A stretch of DNA of 64,000 nt. Origin: a virus (lineage: Duplodnaviria > Caudoviricetes). The translations under genes and the position numbers were made by a program. Numbering within the stretch: the stretch's first letter is position 1; each line of letters opens with the position of its first letter. The DNA lies in IMG/VR virus record IMGVR_UViG_2873180057_000001, positions 6,857 through 70,856 of that record. The stretch is one strand, 5' to 3'. Positions 36,942-45,467 of the stretch are shown here, piece by piece. Below the pieces are notes generated by a model. The model made no database searches. It had not been told where the DNA came from and saw nothing but the letters and a program-made list of their open reading frames with translations.

Positions 36942-37187
36942 ATGACCGACGCCCTCGACGAGGCCATTGAGGCCGCCACCCAAGACGTGACAGCCATCAG
37001 TGACCCCGTAGCCAGCTTTCGGGCGACACGAGAGGTGCGAGCCCAGCTCAACGCCGGCGACCGCCGACTGATCGAGCACGAGAAGCGCATGGTCTGGCTT
37101 CTCCGTGAAGGGCGGACCTGGGAGGAGGTCGGAGAAATGCTCGGCTTCAGCGGCTCGCGAGCAGAGGCGATCGCGCGAGGCAGGTGA
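36942..37187 (+). CDS. small HTH regulator (probably leaderless)
   Basis: GRTWEEVGEMLGFSGSRAEAIA HTH. Confidence 0.75.
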   Translation: MTDALDEAIEAATQDVTAISDPVASFRATREVRAQLNAGDRRLIEHEKRMVWLLREGRTWEEVGEMLGFSGSRAEAIARGR

Positions 37188-37338
37188 ACGTTGCTTCATG
37201 TAGGCGAGTCAATGCCGTCACGGCCAGGCTCACCATGAAGCAGCCACGCAGTCACATGCAGTGATCATGCAGTGGAACTGCAGGCGCTCTGCAGGTCCAC
37301 CGAAATAGCCCCCACGATCTTCGGGCGGGGAGCCGATA

Positions 37339-37974
37339 GTGGATGTCACCCAGTGGACCGGACGGCACGCGTGCTGGCTGCAGGACGCGTTCGAGGACAG
37401 CCAGGAGGAGTTCGCTGCGCGCCTCGGTGTCTCCGTGCGCAGCGTCGCCTCCTGGCACCAGTCGCCGGACATGGTCCCCAAACTGGAGACGCGACGGATC
37501 TTGAACACGGCTTACGGGAGGGCAGGTGATGCGGTGCGGCGACTGTTCATCCACCACGCGCGCAGGCACAGCGAGCAAGTCCAGGCGCAGGCTCTACGCG
37601 TGGCGATCGCTGTCGTCCGCCGTAACGACGAGGTGCTCCTGGTCTGCCGCCAGGACGGCGACGAGATCAGCTGGCAGTTCCCGGCTGGCATCGTGAAGCC
37701 GGGCGGCTCGCCCGCGAAGGTCGCGGTCCGCGAGACGCTCGACGAAACAGGCGTCCACTGCTCCGTCCGCGAGCACCTGGGTGAGCGCCTACATCCTGTG
37801 ACCAGGGCCTATTGCGACTACTACGCCTGCGACTGGTTGCACGGCGAGGCAGTCAACGGCGATGAATCAGAGAACGCCGCTGTGGCCTGGGCCCCGATAA
37901 AGGATCTTGCCCGCTACATCCCGACCGGCCGCATCTACCCACCGATCCTGAACGCCTTGGAGGCAACCGTATGA
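37339..37974 (+). CDS. XRE-HTH fused to Nudix domain
   Basis: SQEEFAARLGVSVRSVASW HTH; degenerate Nudix box GIVKPGGSPAKVAVRETLDETGV. Confidence 0.85.
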   Translation: MDVTQWTGRHACWLQDAFEDSQEEFAARLGVSVRSVASWHQSPDMVPKLETRRILNTAYGRAGDAVRRLFIHHARRHSEQVQAQALRVAIAVVRRNDEVLLVCRQDGDEISWQFPAGIVKPGGSPAKVAVRETLDETGVHCSVREHLGERLHPVTRAYCDYYACDWLHGEAVNGDESENAAVAWAPIKDLARYIPTGRIYPPILNALEATV

Positions 37975-38387
37975 GCGAGACGATCACTGAGAAGCCGGGC
38001 ATCTCCGCCGCGATCATCGTCCAGGACGGCAAGGTGCTCATGGTCCGCCGGGCCGTAAAGGAGGGCGAGCTGATGTGGCAGTTCCCCGCGGGCGCCATCG
38101 AGGACGGCGAGACCGCCGAGCAGGCCGCCGTGCGAGAGGCGCAGGAAGAGACCGGACTGACCGTTAAGTCGATCACGCTGCTCGGTGAGCGCATTCACCC
38201 GAAGACCGGTCGGCTCATGTCGTACACGGCGGCCAAGGTGCTCTCCGGCGAGGCGCACGTGGCCGACGACGAAGAGCTAGATGCGGTCGCCTGGGTATCG
38301 CATCACGAGATCAGCAAGTACGTACCCTACGGGCTATTCGAGCCCGTGCAGGAGTACCTCGACGATGTCCTGCCACAGGGGGCTTAG
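37971..38387 (+). CDS. Nudix hydrolase
   Basis: Intact Nudix box GAIEDGETAEQAAVREAQEETGL. Confidence 0.9.
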   Translation: MSETITEKPGISAAIIVQDGKVLMVRRAVKEGELMWQFPAGAIEDGETAEQAAVREAQEETGLTVKSITLLGERIHPKTGRLMSYTAAKVLSGEAHVADDEELDAVAWVSHHEISKYVPYGLFEPVQEYLDDVLPQGA

Positions 38388-39224
38388 GTGACAGAACGGA
38401 CCGACAGGAAGGTGCCCGAAACGAAGCGCTGCAGTAGCTGCGCCAGAGAAAAACCACTCTCGGAGTTCTACAGCAACAGGAGTAGAACTTCTGGCTTCTC
38501 TGTGCACTGCAAGCCATGCGCCATCGAGTACGGGAAGCAGTGGCGGGTCCGCAATCGCGACAGAGCGCGCGCAGTTCAGCGTCGAAAGCGACTCGAGAAG
38601 AAGTACGGGATCACTCACGAGCAGTACGAAGCGCTCCTCGATCACCAGGGCGAAGCGTGTGCCGTCTGCGCGCAGGCTTGCGAGTCCGGAAACGCCCTCG
38701 CAGTGGATCATGACCACGTCACGAGTCAGGTACGGGGGCTCCTGTGCGTCCGCTGCAACACAGCCCTCGGGCTCGTGCGCGACAACGTGGAGACCCTAGC
38801 GCGCTTGGCCGATTACCTCACAAGAGACCGGACAGCAATGCTGGAGATTCTGCGGGCATCTGCCGAGCAGATGCCCGCAGCACCCCCTCCCCTATCTGCT
38901 GTATCTCCAAAAGGAAAACCTCGGATTCGAGACGGAGTAACCTGGGGAATCTGCGACTGGCCTGACGGGTGTACCAACAGGGCGCTGGGCAATCACCTAC
39001 GGAATCAGTACTGCGGGCAGGAAGACCCGAAATCGCTCTACGTCCATGACAGGCGCAATGCCTGGAAATTCAAAGCGGGCAGACTCAAGCAACAGCGCAG
39101 GACAACGTCGAAGCGGGAAGACACCGCCTCGGTGGTGCCACCCCAGCGGAGTGATCCGCTGGCACTCCAAACGCGTAGTGACGGACACAAAACGGCAAAG
39201 CGACCGCAAAGCCGCAGGTCGTGA
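38388..39224 (+). CDS. endonuclease VII-domain (His-Me finger) protein
   Basis: KRCSSC..KPLSEF, KYGIT..QYE.L...Q...CAVC, LAVDHDH....VRGLLC..CN..LG; lower GC than flanks. Confidence 0.85.
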   Translation: MTERTDRKVPETKRCSSCAREKPLSEFYSNRSRTSGFSVHCKPCAIEYGKQWRVRNRDRARAVQRRKRLEKKYGITHEQYEALLDHQGEACAVCAQACESGNALAVDHDHVTSQVRGLLCVRCNTALGLVRDNVETLARLADYLTRDRTAMLEILRASAEQMPAAPPPLSAVSPKGKPRIRDGVTWGICDWPDGCTNRALGNHLRNQYCGQEDPKSLYVHDRRNAWKFKAGRLKQQRRTTSKREDTASVVPPQRSDPLALQTRSDGHKTAKRPQSRRS

Positions 39225-39262
39225 AGTGTCCGTCCCTGGCATGCACGGAGTGATCGCGCGCC

Positions 39263-39913
39263 ATGGCTAGCGCCCGCAACGAGGGCTTGGACGTCGACCA
39301 GGTTTTCCTGCGATCCCAGGAAAACCCCTCCGGGCTCGGCGGACGGCCGCGCGAGGACTTCCGCATGACGCGGCATGGCGCATATCTGCTAGCAATGAAC
39401 GGCGATCCCAACAAACCCGAGGTCGCTGCGGCGCAGACGTACTTCGCGCGGATGACCCGGGAGGCGGAGGTGCGCACCAAGACCCCCGCCCTCCCCTCAA
39501 ACCGCGACCTGGCCCTGATGGTGATCGCGGAGGCTGACCGTGCGGACGCCGCGGAGGCCCGAGCTCGCGAGCTAGAGCCGTCAGCGCAGGCTTGGGATGT
39601 GCTGGCGTCGGCGGACGGTGACTACAGCCTGCGCGATGCGGCGCACATCCTGAACCGGGACCGCGGGATCGCGACGGGCCAGAACCGCCTGCTCCGGTCA
39701 ATCCGCGAGTTCGAGATGGTGGACCGCAACGGTGTGCCGTACTCGAAGCACTCCGCGCACCTGGTGGAGCGTGCGACGTCGTATCAGCACCCACATACAG
39801 GCGAGGCGGTGCTGTCGCGGCAGATCCGGGTCACGGTGCAGGGCCTGCGGTACCTGCACCGGCGGCTGGGCGGCGAGGGACCGCTGAGGTTGCCTCTGCC
39901 GCAGGCTGGCTGA
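39263..39913 (+). CDS. antirepressor (DinD-like N part plus KilAC), probably 5'-truncated
   Basis: GGRPREDFRMTRHGAYLLAMNGDPNKPEVAAAQTYFA; GDYSLRDAAHIL, TGQNRL, VTVQGL. Confidence 0.8.
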   Translation: MASARNEGLDVDQVFLRSQENPSGLGGRPREDFRMTRHGAYLLAMNGDPNKPEVAAAQTYFARMTREAEVRTKTPALPSNRDLALMVIAEADRADAAEARARELEPSAQAWDVLASADGDYSLRDAAHILNRDRGIATGQNRLLRSIREFEMVDRNGVPYSKHSAHLVERATSYQHPHTGEAVLSRQIRVTVQGLRYLHRRLGGEGPLRLPLPQAG

Positions 39914-39922
39914 CCACCCCAT

Positions 39923-39957
39923 ACAGCACCCCCGCCCTTCTGGGTCGGGGGTGCTGT
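39923..39957. terminator. hairpin terminator
   Basis: ACAGCACCCCCG/CGGGGGTGCTGT 12-bp stem. Confidence 0.65.
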
Positions 39958-40047
39958 CGTGTGCGCCCCGTCTGCGCCCTTGTGGCTGTCTGCTGTGCGG
40001 CTGACGGTGGGTGGCAGGCGGGGTGGCGAATACCGGCAGGGGGTTGC

Positions 40048-40293
40048 ATGCGGACGCGGTTGGATGACGTGGCGGGCTGGGTGTTGTTGCAGGTGGCGGC
40101 TGTGCTGCAGCGGTGGGTGGCGGGGAAGCTGGCGCGCAGGCGGTGGGTGGCGCGGCGGAATGCGGCGGTGCGGGCGGCGTCGCGGCGTGGGGTGCCGGTG
40201 TCGGTGCTGGCGGCGCGGTTGCGGTGGTCGCCGAGCTGGGTGCGGCAGGTGTTGAACGGGAAGGCGGAGCCGGACGCGGAGGAGGCCGCGTAG
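40048..40293 (+). CDS. small HTH protein
   Basis: GVPVSVLAARLRWSPSWVRQVLNG. Confidence 0.6.
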   Translation: MRTRLDDVAGWVLLQVAAVLQRWVAGKLARRRWVARRNAAVRAASRRGVPVSVLAARLRWSPSWVRQVLNGKAEPDAEEAA

Positions 40294-40306
40294 GGGCATG
40301 ACGGAG

Positions 40307-40335
40307 CGCCCCCGCAGCTCTACGCTGCGGGGGCG
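40307..40335. terminator. hairpin between convergent genes
   Basis: CGCCCCCGCAGC/GCTGCGGGGGCG 12-bp stem. Confidence 0.65.
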
Positions 40336-40347
40336 TCGTCGTGCGGG

Positions 40348-40611
40348 TCAGGGCTGGGCGCTCGGGTTGATGACGGCGACGAGGTTGATGCGTCTGGTGT
40401 TGTCGCTGATCAGCAGGATGGTGATGGCGCCGGGGAGAGTGGCGGACCGCATGCGGACGGGGCCTTCGACGTCGAGCCCGTGGGGCTGGGTGACGGCGTC
40501 GGGGTCTTCCTCAAGGCGTGGGATGAGGTTGAAGAAGGCGAACTGCGCTTCGAGGGGCAGGCTGGCAATGAGGTCGAGGGCGAGTTGATCGCGTTCGAAG
40601 TGCCAGGTCAC
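40348..40611 (-). CDS. putative RelE/ParE-fold toxin
   Basis: 87 aa; A...IASLP.EAQ....L...L.EDP then beta strands ending RRINLVAVI; GTGA-coupled to upstream gene. Confidence 0.5.
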   Translation of the reverse strand: MTWHFERDQLALDLIASLPLEAQFAFFNLIPRLEEDPDAVTQPHGLDVEGPVRMRSATLPGAITILLISDNTRRINLVAVINPSAQP

Positions 40612-40916
40612 GCTGCGGTGTGTCCTTGGTGTTGCCGCATGCTCTGCTCCCACTGGTCCCAGCCGGTCCGCGATTCGGGTGTCTCACGGTACTCGGCAGG
40701 TAGCTCTCCGTTGTGGGCTTTGGCGTATTCGAGGGCGTCCTGCACGCGCGGGGCGTCCTCGCTCTGCCACTTCTCGACGACGTGCTGCCAGCGGGCTAGG
40801 ACGTCGGGGAGGTCTGGGAGCGGTGTGAGGTTGACTTCGCGGAGGAATGCCTGCCGGGTCTCTGCGACGGGGATGGCGTGGGCGATGGAGTCGATGGTCC
40901 ACGGCTCGCTGCTCAT
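40608..40916 (-). CDS. putative antitoxin (DUF6247-like)
   Basis: GGAGG SD; WTIDSIAHAI....RQAFLREV......L..VLARW. Confidence 0.5.
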   Translation of the reverse strand: MSSEPWTIDSIAHAIPVAETRQAFLREVNLTPLPDLPDVLARWQHVVEKWQSEDAPRVQDALEYAKAHNGELPAEYRETPESRTGWDQWEQSMRQHQGHTAA

Positions 40917-41099
40917 CGCTTCCTCCGGCTGGCTGTGGGGGTCCCGGATTCGAGCGTACCGATACTGCTCCCGGCCTGATACCGCTCTTGGTGTTCTTGC
41001 AGGTCGGGCCATGTCACTGAGGGTGCCCTCATCGTCGTCCCGATTGGCGACCTCCGCCGCGCCCCGTGACCGCCGCCCCTCCCCCGCCGTTGCCCGGTC

Positions 41100-41255
41100 A
41101 TGGATGACGAGACGCTGCTGCCCCTGCTCACGCTGTCGGAGGCGCAGGATGTGGTGGAGGTGCTGGCCCGGGTCGCGGCCGGGGAGGTCGTGGACCGCGG
41201 GTGGGTGGGTGATCTCGCGTCGCTGCTCGCGGCCCGGGTGCCGTCACGGGATTGA
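41100..41255 (+). CDS. small hypothetical protein
   Basis: MDDETLLPLLTLSEAQDVVEVL...LAARVPSRD. Confidence 0.5.
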   Translation: MDDETLLPLLTLSEAQDVVEVLARVAAGEVVDRGWVGDLASLLAARVPSRD

Positions 41256-41392
41256 CGGCCGGCGGGTGTGTGCGATGGCCCGCAGCAGGCCGGCCACCGT
41301 GTCGCAGCCGAGGTAGGCCTGCCCGTCGCGGCCGGTGTGGAGGGGCAGGCCGGACGTGACGGGCCGGACAGGGCCGTCGTCGGGGTCGTCAG

Positions 41393-42697
41393 TCACGGTT
41401 CGCGGCTCTCGGCCGGGCAAGCGTTTCCTTCACGCATAGCCCGGAAGAGGTCTGCGGCGTCGGCGGCGGCTTGCTCCAGTCGCGGGGCTGCGGTCTCGAA
41501 GGCGCGGTGGAGTTCGCTGAAAGCTCGGCCTGCCTGTTCCAGGGCTTGGCGCGCGGCCTCTCGCGATTCGTAGGTCAGGGCGAGGACGGGCGGCCGTGGG
41601 GTTGCTGACCGGGGCCTGCTGCGCATGGCGTCGGGGCTGACGGTGGTGTCGTGGAGGGCGGTGTCGATCTGGTCGAGGATGTCGTCGGCGGTGCTCATCG
41701 TGGCTCCTGGCTGGTGGTGAGCGGCGGCTGGGTGTCGGCGAGTGGGCATGGGTTGTCGTTGGGGCACGGTTCATCCCGTGCCCCAATGCACAGTTCGAGG
41801 GCGCGGCGGCCTGAGGTGAACGAGGGCCCGGCCCATGTGGTGTCGGGGTCGCGGGCGACGATCCAGTCCGGGCCGACGGCCTCGATGCGGACGCAGTCGT
41901 AGTGGTCTCGGCCGAACGCGCCGTGGGCGAATCCGTGGATGACGTCGCCGACGGCCAGGGGGCGGGCGGTCATGATTCGTCCGAGATGTCGAGGAGTTCG
42001 AGCTGCTGCTCGCCGGGGAGTTCGTCGAGGAACCGGGCGTTGCCGAACCGCTGTTTCTTGGCCGCCTGTGCCTCGTCTTCCGTTGCGCCGTCGATCCAGG
42101 TCCAGGTGGCGGTGCACCACGGCTCGGGGCCGTCCGCGAACCTGTGGAGGAGGCCGTGGCTGAAGCACCACGCGTAGCGCATCACTCGCCGCCCTTCTCG
42201 ACGTCCCAGTTGCGGTCGTTGGCGACTGCTTCGCGGACGCTGGGCCCGTCCCACCCGCCGACGGTCTGCACGCCGAGGATGTTCAGGGCTTCGCGGAGTC
42301 CGGAGGCGCGGCTGCTGTGGACGATCCGGCACTCCTCCCGGCCGAGCGGGGTGTCGCGGGCGGCTCGTTCTTCGAGTTCGGCGGTGGCGGTGATTTCACG
42401 GAGGGCCCGCTGCACGGTGTCGAGTTGGGGCTCCATAGCGTCGAGGGCGGCGTGGACGGCGCGCCAGATCATGGCGTTGCGGTGGACGCGGTCGGCGGGC
42501 ATGTGATCGCCGAGGGCTGACAAGTGGGCGTACACGGCGTCATAGGCGGGCTGACGCGGGTCCGCGCCTCTGGAGCCCCGCACGGGCCCCTGGGGCCCCT
42601 CTGTGCCCTCCTGTGGCTGTCCGGCGTCGTCTCGGGGCTGCGGGACGCTCCTGGCGCCGCCTGGGGCTGTCTGCGGGGGCGTGGGGGTGTCGGTCAT
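41393..42697 (-). CDS. four coupled small hypothetical phage genes (41393-41698, 41695-41973, 41970-42182, 42182-42697)
   Basis: Consecutive ATGA/TGATG overlaps with SD sequences. Confidence 0.6.
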
Positions 42698-42936
42698 GCG
42701 GCTGCCTCTCGTTGCTGGTCGGGGATGTGGATCTGGTGGATGCCCAACTCGCCGACGGCGAGGGCGATGGCGACGGCCTGGGCGCGGTCGTGGGCGCCGA
42801 GCCTGCGGTAGGCGGCGGTGAGGATCTCGGCGACGGAGTGCGGTGTGACGCCACGCCAGGCGGCGATCTGTGCGTTGGTGTTGCCGTTCGCGGCGAGCGC
42901 GAGGACCTGACGCTGCCGGACAGTCAGAGGTCTCAC
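42694..42936 (-). CDS. LuxR-type HTH protein
   Basis: LTVRQRQVLALAANGNTNAQIA......SV......AYRRLG..DRAQAV. Confidence 0.85.
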   Translation of the reverse strand: MRPLTVRQRQVLALAANGNTNAQIAAWRGVTPHSVAEILTAAYRRLGAHDRAQAVAIALAVGELGIHQIHIPDQQREAAA

Positions 42937-43256
42937 GGCCGCTGGCCTCCATTGATCGCGCGGGCGACGGCGTGGGCGTGAGGGCTCACGGCCTCCTGCC
43001 AGCCGGGATGCGTCGTGGCGACCAGGCGGCGGGCTTCTGATCGCAGCCAGCGGGATAGTTCGAGGGCTGCGGCGGGCGGCATGGCTCCGGCGAGGTCGCC
43101 GCTCGCTCCGCCCATGCCGTTAGTGAGGCCGTCCCACCAGGCGGTCTCGGGGTTGTAGCTCTTCCAGTAGTCGTCGCAGTCCAGATCCTTCTGCGCGGCT
43201 TCGGCGAGCTGACCGAGTCGGTCCGCTGCTGCGGTGATCTCTTCGGCGGGTGTCAC
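42933..43256 (-). CDS. hypothetical phage protein
   Basis: AGGAG SD; coupled ORF. Confidence 0.6.
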   Translation of the reverse strand: MTPAEEITAAADRLGQLAEAAQKDLDCDDYWKSYNPETAWWDGLTNGMGGASGDLAGAMPPAAALELSRWLRSEARRLVATTHPGWQEAVSPHAHAVARAINGGQRP

Positions 43257-43314
43257 GGTGCTGCTCCTGTCGGTTGGTGCGGGGCGGCGGTTGGTGCCGC
43301 CGCCCCAGGGGCGG

Positions 43315-43854
43315 TCAGTTGGCGGGCCTGCTCCAGGGCTGCGGGGTGAGATCGGCTTTCAGGTACAGCGGATGCTTCGGCTGCCCGGCCTTCGTCACAG
43401 CGAGCGCCGTCAGCCGGTCCATGCCGGGCAGAGCGAGCACGGCGGCTATCCGATCCGGGCGGGCATTGGCGCCCCACGCGCCGACCAGCGGGCCGCCCGA
43501 CTCGGCAGCGATCGCTGCGGCGGCGTACAGGTGCGCATCGTTCTCCGGGCCTACCGGGTCGTCGGCCAGCCATAGGTCGGCCGGTTCGGTGGCCCGCCAG
43601 GCGTAGAGATTGGCGACCATCAGCGCGCCGCAGCCCCAGTCCTGGGCGTAGCGCAGGCAGCGTCGGATTGTGGGGTCGTCACGCAGAGCGTCGGCGGTTG
43701 AGGGGTTGAGCATCACGAACACTGCGGTGGGCCCGACGGCCCACTCGCGGCCGAGCAGGTACCGGTAGCGCTCGCAGTCGGACAGGATCGCGGACCCGAG
43801 AGGTCGCTGCGCGGGCAGCTTCTCTTCCGGGGTGAGCAGTTGCGGGTACGACAT
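43315..43854 (-). CDS. DUF1643-family protein
   Basis: YRY.L.R.W, FVMLNPSTAD...DDPTIRRC, NLYA.RAT.P, G.PKHPLY. Confidence 0.88.
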   Translation of the reverse strand: MSYPQLLTPEEKLPAQRPLGSAILSDCERYRYLLGREWAVGPTAVFVMLNPSTADALRDDPTIRRCLRYAQDWGCGALMVANLYAWRATEPADLWLADDPVGPENDAHLYAAAAIAAESGGPLVGAWGANARPDRIAAVLALPGMDRLTALAVTKAGQPKHPLYLKADLTPQPWSRPAN

Positions 43855-43875
43855 GGGATTCCTCCTGGTGGTGGG

Positions 43876-44115
43876 CTAGTTGGCGGGGGTTTCGGTGGTG
43901 AATTCGATGACGATCTGGTCGTCGCGGGTGTGGAAGCGCAGGGCATCGTCGTGGAGGCTCTGGTCGGCGGGGATCCCGTGGTGTTGCCGGTAGGCGCGTT
44001 CGGCGACCGCTCACGCCTTACCGATCTCGGCTGCCGCAGCGCCCCAGGGTTCGGCGGCGGGGACGATCCAGCGGCGGATCGTGCGGGTGACCGTCTCAGA
44101 GGTGAAGTCAGCCAC
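43876..44115 (-). pseudogene. small phage gene with one in-frame TGA
   Basis: ...EIGKA*AVAERAYRQHHG...; TGA at 44013-44011, frame otherwise open to TAG at 43876. Confidence 0.6.
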
Positions 44116-44293
44116 GGCGCCGCTCCTCGCCGTCCAGGAGTCGCAGCCCCGCGACGGCGGTGAGGCCGACGAAGACCGCAATGCCGGTACCGACCGCAAG
44201 TTCCCCGAGCTGCCCGGCGAGGACCGCGAGGGTGATGAACACGGCCGGGGTCAGCGACAGCAGCGCCCACCCGGCGGCACGACGGGCGGTCAC
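44108..44293 (-). CDS. small two-TM membrane protein
   Basis: GGAGG SD; two hydrophobic helices. Confidence 0.6.
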   Translation of the reverse strand: MTARRAAGWALLSLTPAVFITLAVLAGQLGELAVGTGIAVFVGLTAVAGLRLLDGEERRRG

Positions 44294-45390
44294 CGGACCT
44301 CCCCCGCCTGCTGCGCCTCGTCGGGGCTGGTGAGGCTGTCGCGGAGGGCGGCGGCCCGGTCCGGGTCGAGCTCCAGCCAGTACGGCTCACCGGCCGGGCC
44401 AGACATCAGGACCGTGGTCGTGTCGTCGTCGCCGTACAGGACGTCACCCAGGCCCCAGCGGAGCTGCGTCGGGTCGTCAGCGTCGGCCACGGACGGTGTC
44501 GCCTGCTGCGCCTCGTCGGCCATGCGGCGGAGGTGGATCGCGAGGCAGGCGGCGACGAAGGTCGGCCGGACCGGGTCCGGGGCGAAGGTGATCCCCTCGA
44601 TCGCGTCGGCGGCTTCTCGCAGTACGGCGGCCCGGTCGGCGGGCGCGGGGAGGGCGGCCAGCACCGCGTCGGCCTCGCCGTAGTGGTGCTCACTCGGAGT
44701 GTCACGACCGGACAGTCCGGCGTTCCAGTCGTACCGAACGAGGGCCTGAGCGATGCGGCCGCGGAGGTCCCGGTCGGCGGGCGGCTGCGCGGCGGCGGCC
44801 TGCCGTTCCAGCACGGTGGACGCGGCGTCCGGCTCCGGGCACTCGCGCACCGAGCACGTCACGTACCCGCCGTCGCCGAGGAACAGGCCCGCCGTGCCGC
44901 AGGCGGGGCAGCGGCCCTGTACGAGCGGCAGGCGGGCGGCGAGCGGGGCCGGGGAGGCGGGCGCGGACGGCGCGGCGCCCTGCTGCTCGCCGTGCAGCGG
45001 GTGCCCGTCGAGCGCGGCCCGGATCCGCACCACCGCCTCCTGCTGCATCGCGGCGCGCAGGGTGTCGGGCTCGGTGCGCATCTCCGTGTCGATCGCGTCG
45101 GCCACCGCGCGGACGCGGGCCAGCTGGGTGCGGAGGTCAGCCTGCTCGGCGTCCGCCACCGTCATCACGGCAAGCGCGTCCTCCTCGGGGTCAGCCCGCC
45201 ACGAATGCTCGCAGTCGGCGTATCGGCGGCCGGGGTTCTGTCGCTCCCAGATCGCTGCCGCGTACCGGTCGCGGCGCTCGGCGCGTTGGGCGAGTTCGGT
45301 CCTGACCGCCTCGACGACGGCGCGGTCGCCTTCGGTGAGCGGGTAGTTCGGGTTGTTGCCGCAGGCGGGGCCGGTCGGCTTCTCGGTCAT
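44290..45390 (-). CDS. mosaic hypothetical protein with zinc-binding segment
   Basis: VQGRCPACG...LFLGDGGYVTC....CPEP; VLREAAD; EAQQA twice. Confidence 0.65.
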   Translation of the reverse strand: MTEKPTGPACGNNPNYPLTEGDRAVVEAVRTELAQRAERRDRYAAAIWERQNPGRRYADCEHSWRADPEEDALAVMTVADAEQADLRTQLARVRAVADAIDTEMRTEPDTLRAAMQQEAVVRIRAALDGHPLHGEQQGAAPSAPASPAPLAARLPLVQGRCPACGTAGLFLGDGGYVTCSVRECPEPDAASTVLERQAAAAQPPADRDLRGRIAQALVRYDWNAGLSGRDTPSEHHYGEADAVLAALPAPADRAAVLREAADAIEGITFAPDPVRPTFVAACLAIHLRRMADEAQQATPSVADADDPTQLRWGLGDVLYGDDDTTTVLMSGPAGEPYWLELDPDRAAALRDSLTSPDEAQQAGEVR

Positions 45391-45467
45391 GGTCTTCCTC
45401 AGGTGATCGTGATGGACTTGGTGGAGACGGCGGCCCGTGGCTCCAACACGGGCCGCCGTCCTGCTGC

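Noticed and set aside
27976-38387. Independent AICE or plasmid inserted into the prophage
   Set aside because: No integrase, excisionase, Rep or flanking direct repeats seen within the block; not fully excluded without comparative data.
43876-44115. Stop-codon reassignment or selenocysteine readthrough
   Set aside because: TGA is the normal stop throughout the window; a single case is better explained by mutation.
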